A program made the position numbers and the translations under genes. 51,584 bases of DNA from Candidatus Nanohalarchaeota archaeon (GTDB lineage Archaea > EX4484-52), in assembly GCA_003660905.1 (NCBI GenBank), contig QMVB01000001.1, forward strand, positions 1-51,584, written 5' to 3'. The notes under the pieces are model-generated. The model searched no databases. It was not told where the DNA came from and saw only the letters and a program-made list of their open reading frames with translations. Below are positions 1 to 7,914 of this stretch, one piece after another; the stretch's first letter is position 1, and the number at the start of each line of letters is the position of its first letter.

Positions 1-66
1 TAACTGTCAAATTCTTTATCTAAAATATTGTGAAAAAATAAAAATTTAGTAAATGTCAAACTTAGG

Positions 67-159
67 CTGCAAAATTTCGCAAGTAGTTTAGTTTCGGCAA
101 AAAGAAATTTGCTCCAAAAAAAGCAAAATTCTTTTCTGTTATTTATGTATTATGCTATA
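67..159. repeat. 93-bp repeat, copy A (inverted partner of 5444-5536)
   Basis: The reverse complement of 67-159 matches 5444-5536 with 2 mismatches by eye. It contains GCAAAATT / AAATTTGC / GCAAAATT sub-motifs. Confidence 0.85.
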
Positions 160-180
160 AAATATATTTATCTCTAAATA

Positions 181-225
181 ATCCCCAAGCGCGGAACAGT
201 GAAGAAAAGGAAGTTCTGTGGATTC
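181..225 (+). repeat. Hairpin repeat family, copy 1
   Basis: ATCCCCAAGCGCGGAACAGTGAAGAAAAGGAAGTTCTGTGGATTC. The outer arms are AATCC/GGATT. The inner arms GCGGAAC/GTTCTGT pair with G-U wobbles. The loop contains GTGAAG. Confidence 0.5.
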
Positions 226-305
226 TTGCGTGTCATTCAACAAAGTTGAATGTGCAGAAAATCCGAAGGATATTCCCGCATTCTTGCATTACCGCATCAT
301 GCGGA

Positions 306-1844
306 TTATTTTTTCTTTTTGAATTTGTATTTCTTAAGAGCATATGAGACAGGATTTTTTATGTTATTTTCAATGCAGAATTCATCCCTGTGGCACACTC
401 CCAAGTCTGTGTAATATCCGCTCTTTGTGCAATTTGGCGGAGGCGCGGCATCTCGTTCATTCTTTGCATAGCTTAATTGCGAGGAAATATAATGCTCTTT
501 TAATGGCTCTGTGTTTTTCGTATTCCACTCCATCAGCAATTGCTTTATGTCCTCCCTATCCCAGCCGCAGCTGGTCAGGAAATTAATCATGATAAATACG
601 GCTCTTTTTTTGCCGTCATCAATGCCCGCAAGTATCGTTTTGATGCACGGAGGAAAATAATCAAAGGATATTTTTGCCGTCAGGGTTTTGCGATATCTGA
701 CCTGGCGGATTCTGGTTGCAACATCCAGAGGAACAAAAAGAAGGGCTATTTTTTTGTTTGATAAAATAGTTTTTGCCTCTTTAAAATCCATAACAAAAAG
801 ATTATATATTGTCTCCTCTTTTTTCGTAATTTGTGATTCCTTTGCTTTCCTCCTTATCTTTTCAGGCGTGCCGGCAAACACAACACTTCCAGATGAATCA
901 AGAGCATCCCGGTATGCTCTTCTTTTTGAGGCAGGCATGTTTTTTATTTTTTTTTCCAGAAAGAATTTTGTGCTTATTTTTACTTTTTTTTCAAATCCTG
1001 TTGTTTTTTCCTGATGTTTTTCCTTCAGCGTTTTGTTTTGCTCAAATGAAAAATAATCATTTGCCCTTACCAGAAGCTCCTGGCTTTCATTAGGCTCTTT
1101 TTTTGTCAAAAATTCCCTTACTTGCTTCACATTCTGGATTTTTGCATCTTCCTTCCTGAAGTATTTGATTTTGGCTATGTCAAGGACAATACTCGCAAGG
1201 TATGTTTTTTCATTTAGGCTGTATGGCATCCGAAACAAGTGCCTGTTGGACCAGTTTTCTTCTATGTCTGCGTATGCATAAGGGTTGGATACATCTTTGT
1301 TCAGCAATTTGCTGTACTGTTCTTTTAATTTTCCTCTAATCCTGTCTTTTAGGTATGCTGCTGTCTGCTGGAGAAGTTGAGGATACATGAGCTTTATTTC
1401 TTTATCTCCAATGCGCTCTGGCATTGTCTTGTGCGAAACAGCGATGTGAAAGCCCCGGTTGCCTGAGAATTTTGCATAGATGTTTTTTATATTATGCTTT
1501 TGAAGCTCTTCAATAAGCAGTATTGCGGCGATTTTTGCAAATTCAATGCCTTTGTCTGCATCAATGTCAAAGAGCAGATCAAATGAAGTTCTGTTTTGGT
1601 CCATTTCAAACTTTGAATTGACGATATTCATTGGGTTCTTCCAGTTTTCAACAGAATTGTGGAATGAAGAAGCGCCCATATTTATCCAGTTGATTATATC
1701 TCCCTTGTATTCGGCGCAGCTCGGTCTTCTGCCATACCGGGAACCATAAAATACAGGGACCATTTCCTTGTCTCTTGAATTGGCAAAGAGCGAGTCGACA
1801 ATGTCCTGCCTTGAATAATATTTCCTGTATTCATAAGGTTCCAT
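306..1844 (-). CDS. priS: DNA primase: PriS catalytic domain fused to a PriL-like Fe-S C-terminal domain
   Basis: 512-aa ORF. The N-terminal half has archaeo-eukaryotic primase motifs (DLLFDIDAD metal site, SGNRGFH). A Lys-rich linker follows. The C-terminal ~130 aa has FPPC...PPNC...GVC...EFC...NPVSY, the four-Cys pattern of the PriL C-terminal domain. Confidence 0.8.
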   Translation of the reverse strand: MEPYEYRKYYSRQDIVDSLFANSRDKEMVPVFYGSRYGRRPSCAEYKGDIINWINMGASSFHNSVENWKNPMNIVNSKFEMDQNRTSFDLLFDIDADKGIEFAKIAAILLIEELQKHNIKNIYAKFSGNRGFHIAVSHKTMPERIGDKEIKLMYPQLLQQTAAYLKDRIRGKLKEQYSKLLNKDVSNPYAYADIEENWSNRHLFRMPYSLNEKTYLASIVLDIAKIKYFRKEDAKIQNVKQVREFLTKKEPNESQELLVRANDYFSFEQNKTLKEKHQEKTTGFEKKVKISTKFFLEKKIKNMPASKRRAYRDALDSSGSVVFAGTPEKIRRKAKESQITKKEETIYNLFVMDFKEAKTILSNKKIALLFVPLDVATRIRQVRYRKTLTAKISFDYFPPCIKTILAGIDDGKKRAVFIMINFLTSCGWDREDIKQLLMEWNTKNTEPLKEHYISSQLSYAKNERDAAPPPNCTKSGYYTDLGVCHRDEFCIENNIKNPVSYALKKYKFKKKK

Positions 1845-1902
1845 GAAACTATTTGTGCTAGATTATTTTAAAATTATATAAAATTTTGTTTACTTAAATT
1901 CT

Positions 1903-2771
1903 ATGGACAATGCAACAGCGGGACAATTTTTGGATTAATTGCAATGCTCGGCTATGGTCTGTCCAATAGTCTGACAAAAATTCCTGTAAACAAAATAGGA
2001 AGCCTAAAAACAGTTTTCTTTAGAAATGTGTTCGCCTCATTCTTTTTATTCATGGCTCTTTTATTTTTCCTGCCCGAATCTATTTTCTCAATTAGTTATA
2101 TTCTAATTGCGCTTATTCTTTCATTGATTGGCTATGTCTCGATAATCGCGTATTAAAAAGCTTTAGGCATTGGAAAAATAGGAATTGTATCTCCTGTTGC
2201 AAATTCTTCAATCATATTTACCGTCCTTTTTTCAATAATTTTTTTTAAAGAAGCGCTTTCGATTATGCAGGCATTTTCCATTCTGCTGATGATAGCAGGC
2301 ATTGTCCTTATTTCGATAAATTTCAGGGATTTAAAAAAGCCTCATATCTTTCAATTGTCAAGCGGAGTTCCTTATGCTTTGATTACCTGTCTTTTATGGG
2401 GGTTAATGTATTCTTTGATTAAAATTCCTGTAATGGTCATCGGACCGATATTGACCTCTTTCGTTATTGAAACAGGACTGTTATTGTACAGTGGTGTTCA
2501 TTTAAATGTTCGCAAGATTTCCTTTAGCATCCCGGATTCCAATACACTGAAATATATTTTCTTTCTTGCTCTTTTTGGCGCAATAGCCACTTTATCTTTT
2601 AATCTTGGCATAAAATTATATAATGTAAGCATTGTTGCGGCATTGACATTTTCAAGCCCGCTCATAGTTGCCCTGTACGGGAAATTTATATATAAAGAAA
2701 AGCTTACATTCCAGCAATGGTTTGCGATTTTGTTAATCTTGTGCGGAATTGTTTGCATATCTTATTTTTGA
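1903..2771 (+). pseudogene. EamA/DMT-family transporter interrupted by an in-frame TAA (plus probable 5' frameshift)
   Basis: ORFs 1944-2156 and 2265-2771 share one frame and are separated only by TAA at 2154-2156. Reading through gives AY*KALGIGKIGIVSPVANSSIIFTVLFSIIFFKEALS, a typical end of the first EamA repeat, for ~275 aa in total. The ATG at 1903 is 1 nt out of frame with the first TM helix (TIFGLIAMLGYGL). Confidence 0.6.
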
Positions 2772-2813
2772 TTAAAAGTATCATGTTTATATATTTTTTA
2801 TTATATTAATATA

Positions 2814-4052
2814 ATGAATTATATGAATCGAAAAATTATCATAATTGGATTGATTATAGTCGCTCTCTTTTTGTCTGGGTGTGTTATTGAACCTAAACCA
2901 ACAGCAGATGATGGAGAAGTAACCCAAGAAGGAATCAATGCAGTTATAGATGCCAATAATCAATTTGCTTTTGACCTTTATTCCGAATATAAATCAGAAG
3001 AAGGCAATATATTTTTTTCTCCTTACAGTATTTCAACAGCATTAGCAATGACTTATGAAGGAGCGAAAGGTCAAACAGCAAAAGAAATGCAATCAGTGTT
3101 TCATTTCCCGCAAGACGACAATGAAAGAAGATCTGCTTTTGCAGGGATATATAATGAAATAAACAAAAAAGATAAAGGGTATGAACTATCTACAGCAAAT
3201 GCATTGTGGGCTCAAAAAGATTTTGCATTTTTGGAGGAGTATATTGAACCAATAGAGCAATATTACAGAGGAAAAATTACTAATCTTGATTTTGTAACAC
3301 GAACAGAGGAATCAAGAAAAACCATCAATGATTGGGTTGAAAAGCAGACAAATGATAAAATCAAGGATTTAATTCCGCCCGGCAGTCTAAATTCAATGAC
3401 AAGGCTGGTTCTTACCAACGCAATCTATTTTAAGGGAGATTGGGTCTACCAGTTTGATAAAAAAAACACAAGAGAAGATGATTTTAAGATAACTGAAAAT
3501 AATATTGTTAAAGTTCCGATGATGCATTTAGACAATGATGATGCAAAATTCAATTATGCCCAAACTGAGGATTTTCAAATTCTCGAAATGCCTTATAAAG
3601 GCGAAGAGCTATCAATGCTTATTCTTCTTCCAAAAGACAATATAAAAAGCATAGAATCCTCGCTTACATCCGAAAAATTATCTGAGTGGAAAAATATGCT
3701 TAAGAAAGAAGAAGTAATCATATATATGCCTAAATTCACATTTAAAACCAAATATTTTATGTCTGATGCATTGGTGGATATGGGGATGCCAACTGCTTTT
3801 TCAGGCGGTGCAGATTTCTCGGGAATGACAGGAAGTAAGGATTTGTTTATTAGCTTTGTAATCCACCAGGCTTTTGTTGATGTAAACGAGGAAGGCACAG
3901 AAGCAGCAGCAGCAACTGCGGCAGGCATGCAGTTCACAGCTGTTATGCCAACCAACATTTTCCGTGCCGACCATCCATTTATCTTTATAATACAGGAAAA
4001 AGAAACAGGAAATATCTTATTCTTGGGGAGAGTTGTTGATCCATCCAAATAA
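2814..4052 (+). CDS. Serpin (serine protease inhibitor) with lipobox-like leader
   Basis: 412 aa. Contains FSPYSISTALAMTYEGAKGQT, the hinge and reactive-centre loop EEGTEAAAATAAGMQFTAV, then FRADHPFIFII. The N-terminal hydrophobic leader ends in LSGC. Confidence 0.9.
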   Translation: MNYMNRKIIIIGLIIVALFLSGCVIEPKPTADDGEVTQEGINAVIDANNQFAFDLYSEYKSEEGNIFFSPYSISTALAMTYEGAKGQTAKEMQSVFHFPQDDNERRSAFAGIYNEINKKDKGYELSTANALWAQKDFAFLEEYIEPIEQYYRGKITNLDFVTRTEESRKTINDWVEKQTNDKIKDLIPPGSLNSMTRLVLTNAIYFKGDWVYQFDKKNTREDDFKITENNIVKVPMMHLDNDDAKFNYAQTEDFQILEMPYKGEELSMLILLPKDNIKSIESSLTSEKLSEWKNMLKKEEVIIYMPKFTFKTKYFMSDALVDMGMPTAFSGGADFSGMTGSKDLFISFVIHQAFVDVNEEGTEAAAATAAGMQFTAVMPTNIFRADHPFIFIIQEKETGNILFLGRVVDPSK

Positions 4053-4114
4053 AGCTACTTCTTTTGTAATTATATTAATAGATGAGAGAATCTTGCTTAA
4101 TTATTTAAAACTTA

Positions 4115-4402
4115 ATGCTAAAAATCTTTATGGCAGATGAGTTGATGGGAGGAATAACTGAACCGGCAACATCGCTGAAAAACAAGACCGGGTCCTGGAG
4201 ATCACAAAAACCTGTCTGGGATAAAGAAAAATGCAAACATTGTATGATTTGCGTGAATTTTTGCCCAGATATGGCAATCGTTGCCAAAAAAAAAGACGGA
4301 AAGATCCAAAGGGAAGAAACAAACATGGATTACTGCAAAGGATGCGGGATATGCGCAAAGGAATGCCCTTTTGATGCAATAAAAATGGTTGAGGAAATAT
4401 AG
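4115..4402 (+). CDS. 2x[4Fe-4S] ferredoxin, 2-oxoacid:ferredoxin oxidoreductase delta-subunit-like
   Basis: 95 aa. Two cluster motifs, CKHCMICVNFCP and CKGCGICAKECP, follow a GSWRSQKP segment as in PorD. Confidence 0.7.
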   Translation: MLKIFMADELMGGITEPATSLKNKTGSWRSQKPVWDKEKCKHCMICVNFCPDMAIVAKKKDGKIQREETNMDYCKGCGICAKECPFDAIKMVEEI

Positions 4403-4416
4403 AATTGTGATTAATT

Positions 4417-4677
4417 ATGAAAAAGAAAGTAAAACTTGCAGGTAAATTCGGAGCAAGATATGGGAGAGGCGTCAAAAAAAAGATAATTATGATAGAGCAG
4501 TCTGCTCATGCTGCCTACCCTTGTCCAAAATGCAACAGGAACGCAGTCAGAAGAGTTGCAGCCGGAATATGGCAGTGCGGGAAATGCAATGCAAAAATAG
4601 CCGGCGGAGCATATTCTCTTACGACGAGTTCGACAGAGATGATGGAAAAAATATTTGCAAGGAAAAAAGAGCAATAA
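4417..4677 (+). CDS. rpl37ae: Ribosomal protein eL43 (L37Ae)
   Basis: 86 aa. Has GARYG near the N-terminus and the zinc ribbon CPKC...CGKC. Confidence 0.9.
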   Translation: MKKKVKLAGKFGARYGRGVKKKIIMIEQSAHAAYPCPKCNRNAVRRVAAGIWQCGKCNAKIAGGAYSLTTSSTEMMEKIFARKKEQ

Positions 4678-4686
4678 TTTGTTATT

Positions 4687-5163
4687 ATGACAAGTGAGAA
4701 AAAAAAGCATAAATCAGAAAATCCTGTTGAAGCGTTGAAAAAGCAGAATAAGGAATTGAATGAAAAGCATCTTCGCCTTCGCGCTGAATTTGACAACTAC
4801 AGGAAGAGAACAGAGAAGGAAATGATTGAGCGGTGCGCTTATGCAAACGAAAAATTTATATCAAAGCTGCTCGGCGTCATTGATGATTTTGAGCTTGCGC
4901 TTTTGTCATGCCCAAAAGAATTCAGGAAAAATGCATTTTACAGCGGGATAAAAATGATTTTGAAAAATTTATTTGATATCCTGGAAAAAGAGGGAGTAAC
5001 TCCAATAAGCGTTACGGGAGATGTGTTCAATCCTGTCCATCACGAGGCGATAGGGACTATTGAAAGCAAAGACCATAAAAAAGACACAATTCTGGAAATA
5101 CAAAAAGGATATTTTTACAAGGATAAGGTACTAAGACCAGCTAAAGTGAAAATTGTCAAATAA
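4687..5163 (+). CDS. grpE: GrpE nucleotide-exchange factor
   Basis: 158 aa. Has the signature helix LRLRAEFDNYRKRTEKE and the C-terminal GYFYKDKVLRPAKV beta domain. Confidence 0.85.
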   Translation: MTSEKKKHKSENPVEALKKQNKELNEKHLRLRAEFDNYRKRTEKEMIERCAYANEKFISKLLGVIDDFELALLSCPKEFRKNAFYSGIKMILKNLFDILEKEGVTPISVTGDVFNPVHHEAIGTIESKDHKKDTILEIQKGYFYKDKVLRPAKVKIVK

Positions 5164-5358
5164 TTATTTTAGGGTTTGATTGCGGGTTAAATTAAAGTTA
5201 AATGATTATTATATAACTCACCTTACGCAAGACCTCCAATTTCATGAACTATTTTGAGTTCCGGTAATTCATCAAAAGCTGCTTTTGCAGCATTCAAATA
5301 TATCTTCGCATTCAGAGCAAAATGATTCAAATTTGTTTTTATTCCTTTTTGAGTAAAT

Positions 5359-5407
5359 ATCCCGCAATTTGCTGCGGAGCGAGTGAAGCGAACAGCGGGA
5401 GATTCAT
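5359..5407 (+). repeat. Hairpin repeat family, copy 2
   Basis: ATCCCGCAATTTGCTGCGGAGCGAGTGAAGCGAACAGCGGGAGATTCAT. The arms are TCCCGC..GCTG / CAGCGGGA. The loop contains GTGAAG. Confidence 0.55.
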
Positions 5408-5443
5408 AATAACCGCTCTATTTAATAATATTGTATTTTAAAA

Positions 5444-5536
5444 TATAGCATAACACATAAATAACAGAAAAGAATTTTGCTTTTTTTGGAGCAAATTTCT
5501 TTTTGCCGAAACTAAACTACTTGCGTAATTTTGCAG
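5444..5536. repeat. 93-bp repeat, copy B
   Basis: See copy A. It lies in the convergent spacer between grpE and the ABC ATPase gene. Confidence 0.85.
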
Positions 5537-5675
5537 TTCAGTTGCGATGCAAAAAAAAATACAAGCGATATTGATAGTATTTATGTGTTCTGCTAGTATA
5601 TTTGACTGCAATTAGCAGGCAAATATATTCGAAGACGCAATTATCGCAACATGTAACGCAAATTGCGTTTAAGAT

Positions 5676-5719
5676 TATATCACGCCACAATACTTACATT
5701 ACTTTTGTGCCGTGATATA
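5676..5719. other. 15-bp imperfect hairpin in a gene-free spacer
   Basis: TATATCACGCCACAA - 14-nt loop - TTGTGCCGTGATATA, with one mismatch. The 6-bp palindrome AACGCAAATTGCGTT lies at 5655-5669. Confidence 0.5.
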
Positions 5720-5832
5720 GTTTCTACATTCCAAAAATATTCTGCCTAACATTCTCTCCCACAACATCCTCAAACAAAAAACACTACAATCTATATTAAT
5801 CACACTTAACACAAATCCTAAAAAATGTCAAT

Positions 5833-6519
5833 TCACAGCGCATCAACATTCATTCCGTCCTTTATGTAAATCACGCGTTCTGCATAATTTGCAAGCAATT
5901 TATCATGCGTCACCAGAACAATTGTTTTCCCGTTTTTATGCAAATTATCCAAAATTTCCATTATCTCTTTTCCTCTCTTTGAGTCAAGATTGCCTGTGGG
6001 CTCATCTGCAACGATAATGGTGGGTTTATTCGCAAGGGAGCGGGCAACGGCAACCCTTTGCTTTTCTCCGCCACTAATCTCTGTTGGGTAATGCTTCAGC
6101 CTGTGGCTTAGACCCATATCATCAAGAATTTCTTTTGCCCTTTTTTTTCGCTTAGGCAACGAAACTTCGTAAAACATCATCGGGAGCATTACATTTTCAA
6201 GGACGGTAAGCGTGTTCATAAGATTGAACTGCTGGAATACAAATCCGATTTTCTTTCCCCTGATTGAAGAGAGCTGACTCCGGGTAAATTTGTTTATGTC
6301 TTTTCCGTCAAGGTAAATGCGCCCTCTTGAAGGGCGGTCAAGACATCCTATTAAATGAACGCATGTTGATTTCCCGCTTCCTGACGGACCCATCACAGCA
6401 ACAAATTCTCCTTTCCCTATATTTATGTTCAGACCTCTTAATGCCTCTACCTTTACTTTTCCAAGAGAGTATATTTTCCAGACATTTTCCAGCTTTATAA
6501 GAGGGTTCTCTTTTTCCAT
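5833..6519 (-). CDS. ABC transporter ATP-binding protein, FtsE/LolD/MacB family
   Basis: 228 aa. Walker [10 protein letters not shown], signature [12 protein letters not shown], Walker B IIVADEPT, and FVFQQFNL typical of this subfamily. Confidence 0.9.
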   Translation of the reverse strand: MEKENPLIKLENVWKIYSLGKVKVEALRGLNINIGKGEFVAVMGPSGSGKSTCVHLIGCLDRPSRGRIYLDGKDINKFTRSQLSSIRGKKIGFVFQQFNLMNTLTVLENVMLPMMFYEVSLPKRKKRAKEILDDMGLSHRLKHYPTEISGGEKQRVAVARSLANKPTIIVADEPTGNLDSKRGKEIMEILDNLHKNGKTIVLVTHDKLLANYAERVIYIKDGMNVDAL

Positions 6520-6521
6520 AT

Positions 6522-7397
6522 TTAAGTATCATTCTTGTTTTTCTTTATTATGTTCAGCATCTTCATGAGCGGGTTCTTTTCGTAAAAAATATCTGCGGAA
6601 TCCCTTATGTGCTTGCACAGGGTGCGCATAATGGTTTCCTCGCCATAGCATGAAAAAAAATTCCTGAAATGAGGAACCTGAAGCACATCATAGATTATCA
6701 GGGAATTGCCGTCAATATAGGCATTTATCTCTATCAATTCTATATTAAGCAGTCTCCTTATCTTATAGACAATATTTTTTTGCTCATTTAAAAGGTCATA
6801 TTTTTCACCATTCTGCTCTGCAAAAAAGGACGTGCCTATGGATAAAATAGTTACCTTTTCCTTGTTTTTTAATTCCTGGACAATTAAAGGCTGATCCAGG
6901 GTTTCAAGAGCATCTATTATTGTATTTATGCTTTCACGGTTGTTTATAATAATTTCCTGACCGATTTTTGGTCTTATGACTACAGGAAGCTTCATTTCCT
7001 CTGCATTTAGTCTTGCCTTAAGCACCTGACCATTTGTTGCATAATATGTCTTCAATATAGGAACCTCCGATGTATTTAGCGTAAAAAAAAGCAGAAACAA
7101 ATCATTGCACAATGTTATGGCATCGCTCGGGAAGCAGACATATTTTTTGTTCATCTCAAAAACAGACGTCAGGCTTGTTGTAAAATCAATTGCTTTTTTT
7201 CTTGGCAGAGCAAACAAAGCATCAAAGCCGAGCAGTTCCTTGCTCTTTGAAAAGACATTGCTCTGTCCGTTCAGCAAATCTATGTTTATGTTGCTCCACG
7301 AAGTATAGTATACTTTTTCAAAATAAGATTTGAAAGCGTCTAAAAAAGACACCATTGTGCTTGTCGGTTTTTCTCTCCCTATTATCAGGAGTTTCAT
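6522..7397 (-). CDS. Hypothetical protein, divergent RimK-like ATP-grasp fold (weak)
   Basis: 291 aa. The layout resembles an ATP-grasp protein (LPVVIRPK..., QPLIVQEL..., ...EINAYIDGNSLIIYDVLQVPHF), but the glycine-rich ATP loop is not recognisable. Spaced 1 nt from sepF and 2 nt from the ABC gene. Confidence 0.35.
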   Translation of the reverse strand: MKLLIIGREKPTSTMVSFLDAFKSYFEKVYYTSWSNINIDLLNGQSNVFSKSKELLGFDALFALPRKKAIDFTTSLTSVFEMNKKYVCFPSDAITLCNDLFLLFFTLNTSEVPILKTYYATNGQVLKARLNAEEMKLPVVIRPKIGQEIIINNRESINTIIDALETLDQPLIVQELKNKEKVTILSIGTSFFAEQNGEKYDLLNEQKNIVYKIRRLLNIELIEINAYIDGNSLIIYDVLQVPHFRNFFSCYGEETIMRTLCKHIRDSADIFYEKNPLMKMLNIIKKNKNDT

Positions 7398-7398
7398 A

Positions 7399-7740
7399 TT
7401 ATTTTGTTAATTCAACATCTGGCGGAAGCAACAATACTATATTTTCGTCAATCCCAATAATATCTCCCCCAGTTGCATAAACAGTCTTTTTCAATTTGTC
7501 TATAACCCTCTGGAGTTCATCAACATCTTTTGATTTCAATTCCTTTATTTTAAGCACGATGATATTGCCCATCCTTATCTGGGACTGCAATTTTGCACTA
7601 TCATCGTAGCTCCTAAGTTCTTCTACCGTGAGATCTACCTTAGACTCACTATCTTTATAGACAGCCTCTTCAACTTCTATATATTCATCAATATCTTCTG
7701 CTGCATCCTTTTTTTTCTTACCTAAAAGACTTCCAATCAT
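7399..7740 (-). CDS. sepF: Cell-division protein SepF
   Basis: Starting at the internal Met gives MIGSLLGKKKK (amphipathic membrane-targeting helix), DEYIEVE, GNIIVLKIKEL and GGDIIGIDENIVLLLPPDVEL, matching archaeal SepF architecture. A GAGGGG Shine-Dalgarno lies just upstream of this ATG, so the 148-aa track ORF is probably over-extended. Confidence 0.75.
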   Translation of the reverse strand: MIGSLLGKKKKDAAEDIDEYIEVEEAVYKDSESKVDLTVEELRSYDDSAKLQSQIRMGNIIVLKIKELKSKDVDELQRVIDKLKKTVYATGGDIIGIDENIVLLLPPDVELTK

Positions 7741-7914
7741 ATTATCCCCTCTTTTTGTATTATCCTTTTCTGTCGTAAATAAGGCATTTTTGTCGTTGCG
7801 AACTTTATTTACGGCATAAAAATCCTGCATATAATTCAAATCCACAGGATTTTTTCCAGATATGTAATTGTAAATGTTGTATATGTTTTTAAATATTTCC
7901 TTTATTTGTTATTT

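Noticed and set aside
292-304. The hairpin CCGCATCATGCGG, 1 nt after the primase stop, as a transcription terminator.
   Set aside because: Archaeal termination usually relies on oligo-T tracts, and no T-run follows on the minus strand. The hairpin may simply belong to the adjacent repeat-rich region.
5164-5832. A replication origin in the long AT-rich spacer with inverted repeats.
   Set aside because: No orc1/cdc6 gene is adjacent, and I could not find ORB or mini-ORB-like repeated boxes. The repeats there belong to families also found in other spacers.
7741-7845. The 35-codon N-terminal extension of the SepF ORF. The same applies to the upstream extensions of HIT (7985-8083), uS11 (33208-33234) and TFS (44979-45044).
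   Set aside because: The family-typical N-termini begin at internal Met codons, and SepF also has a GAGGGG Shine-Dalgarno there. The extensions overlap upstream genes or have no homology-like content.
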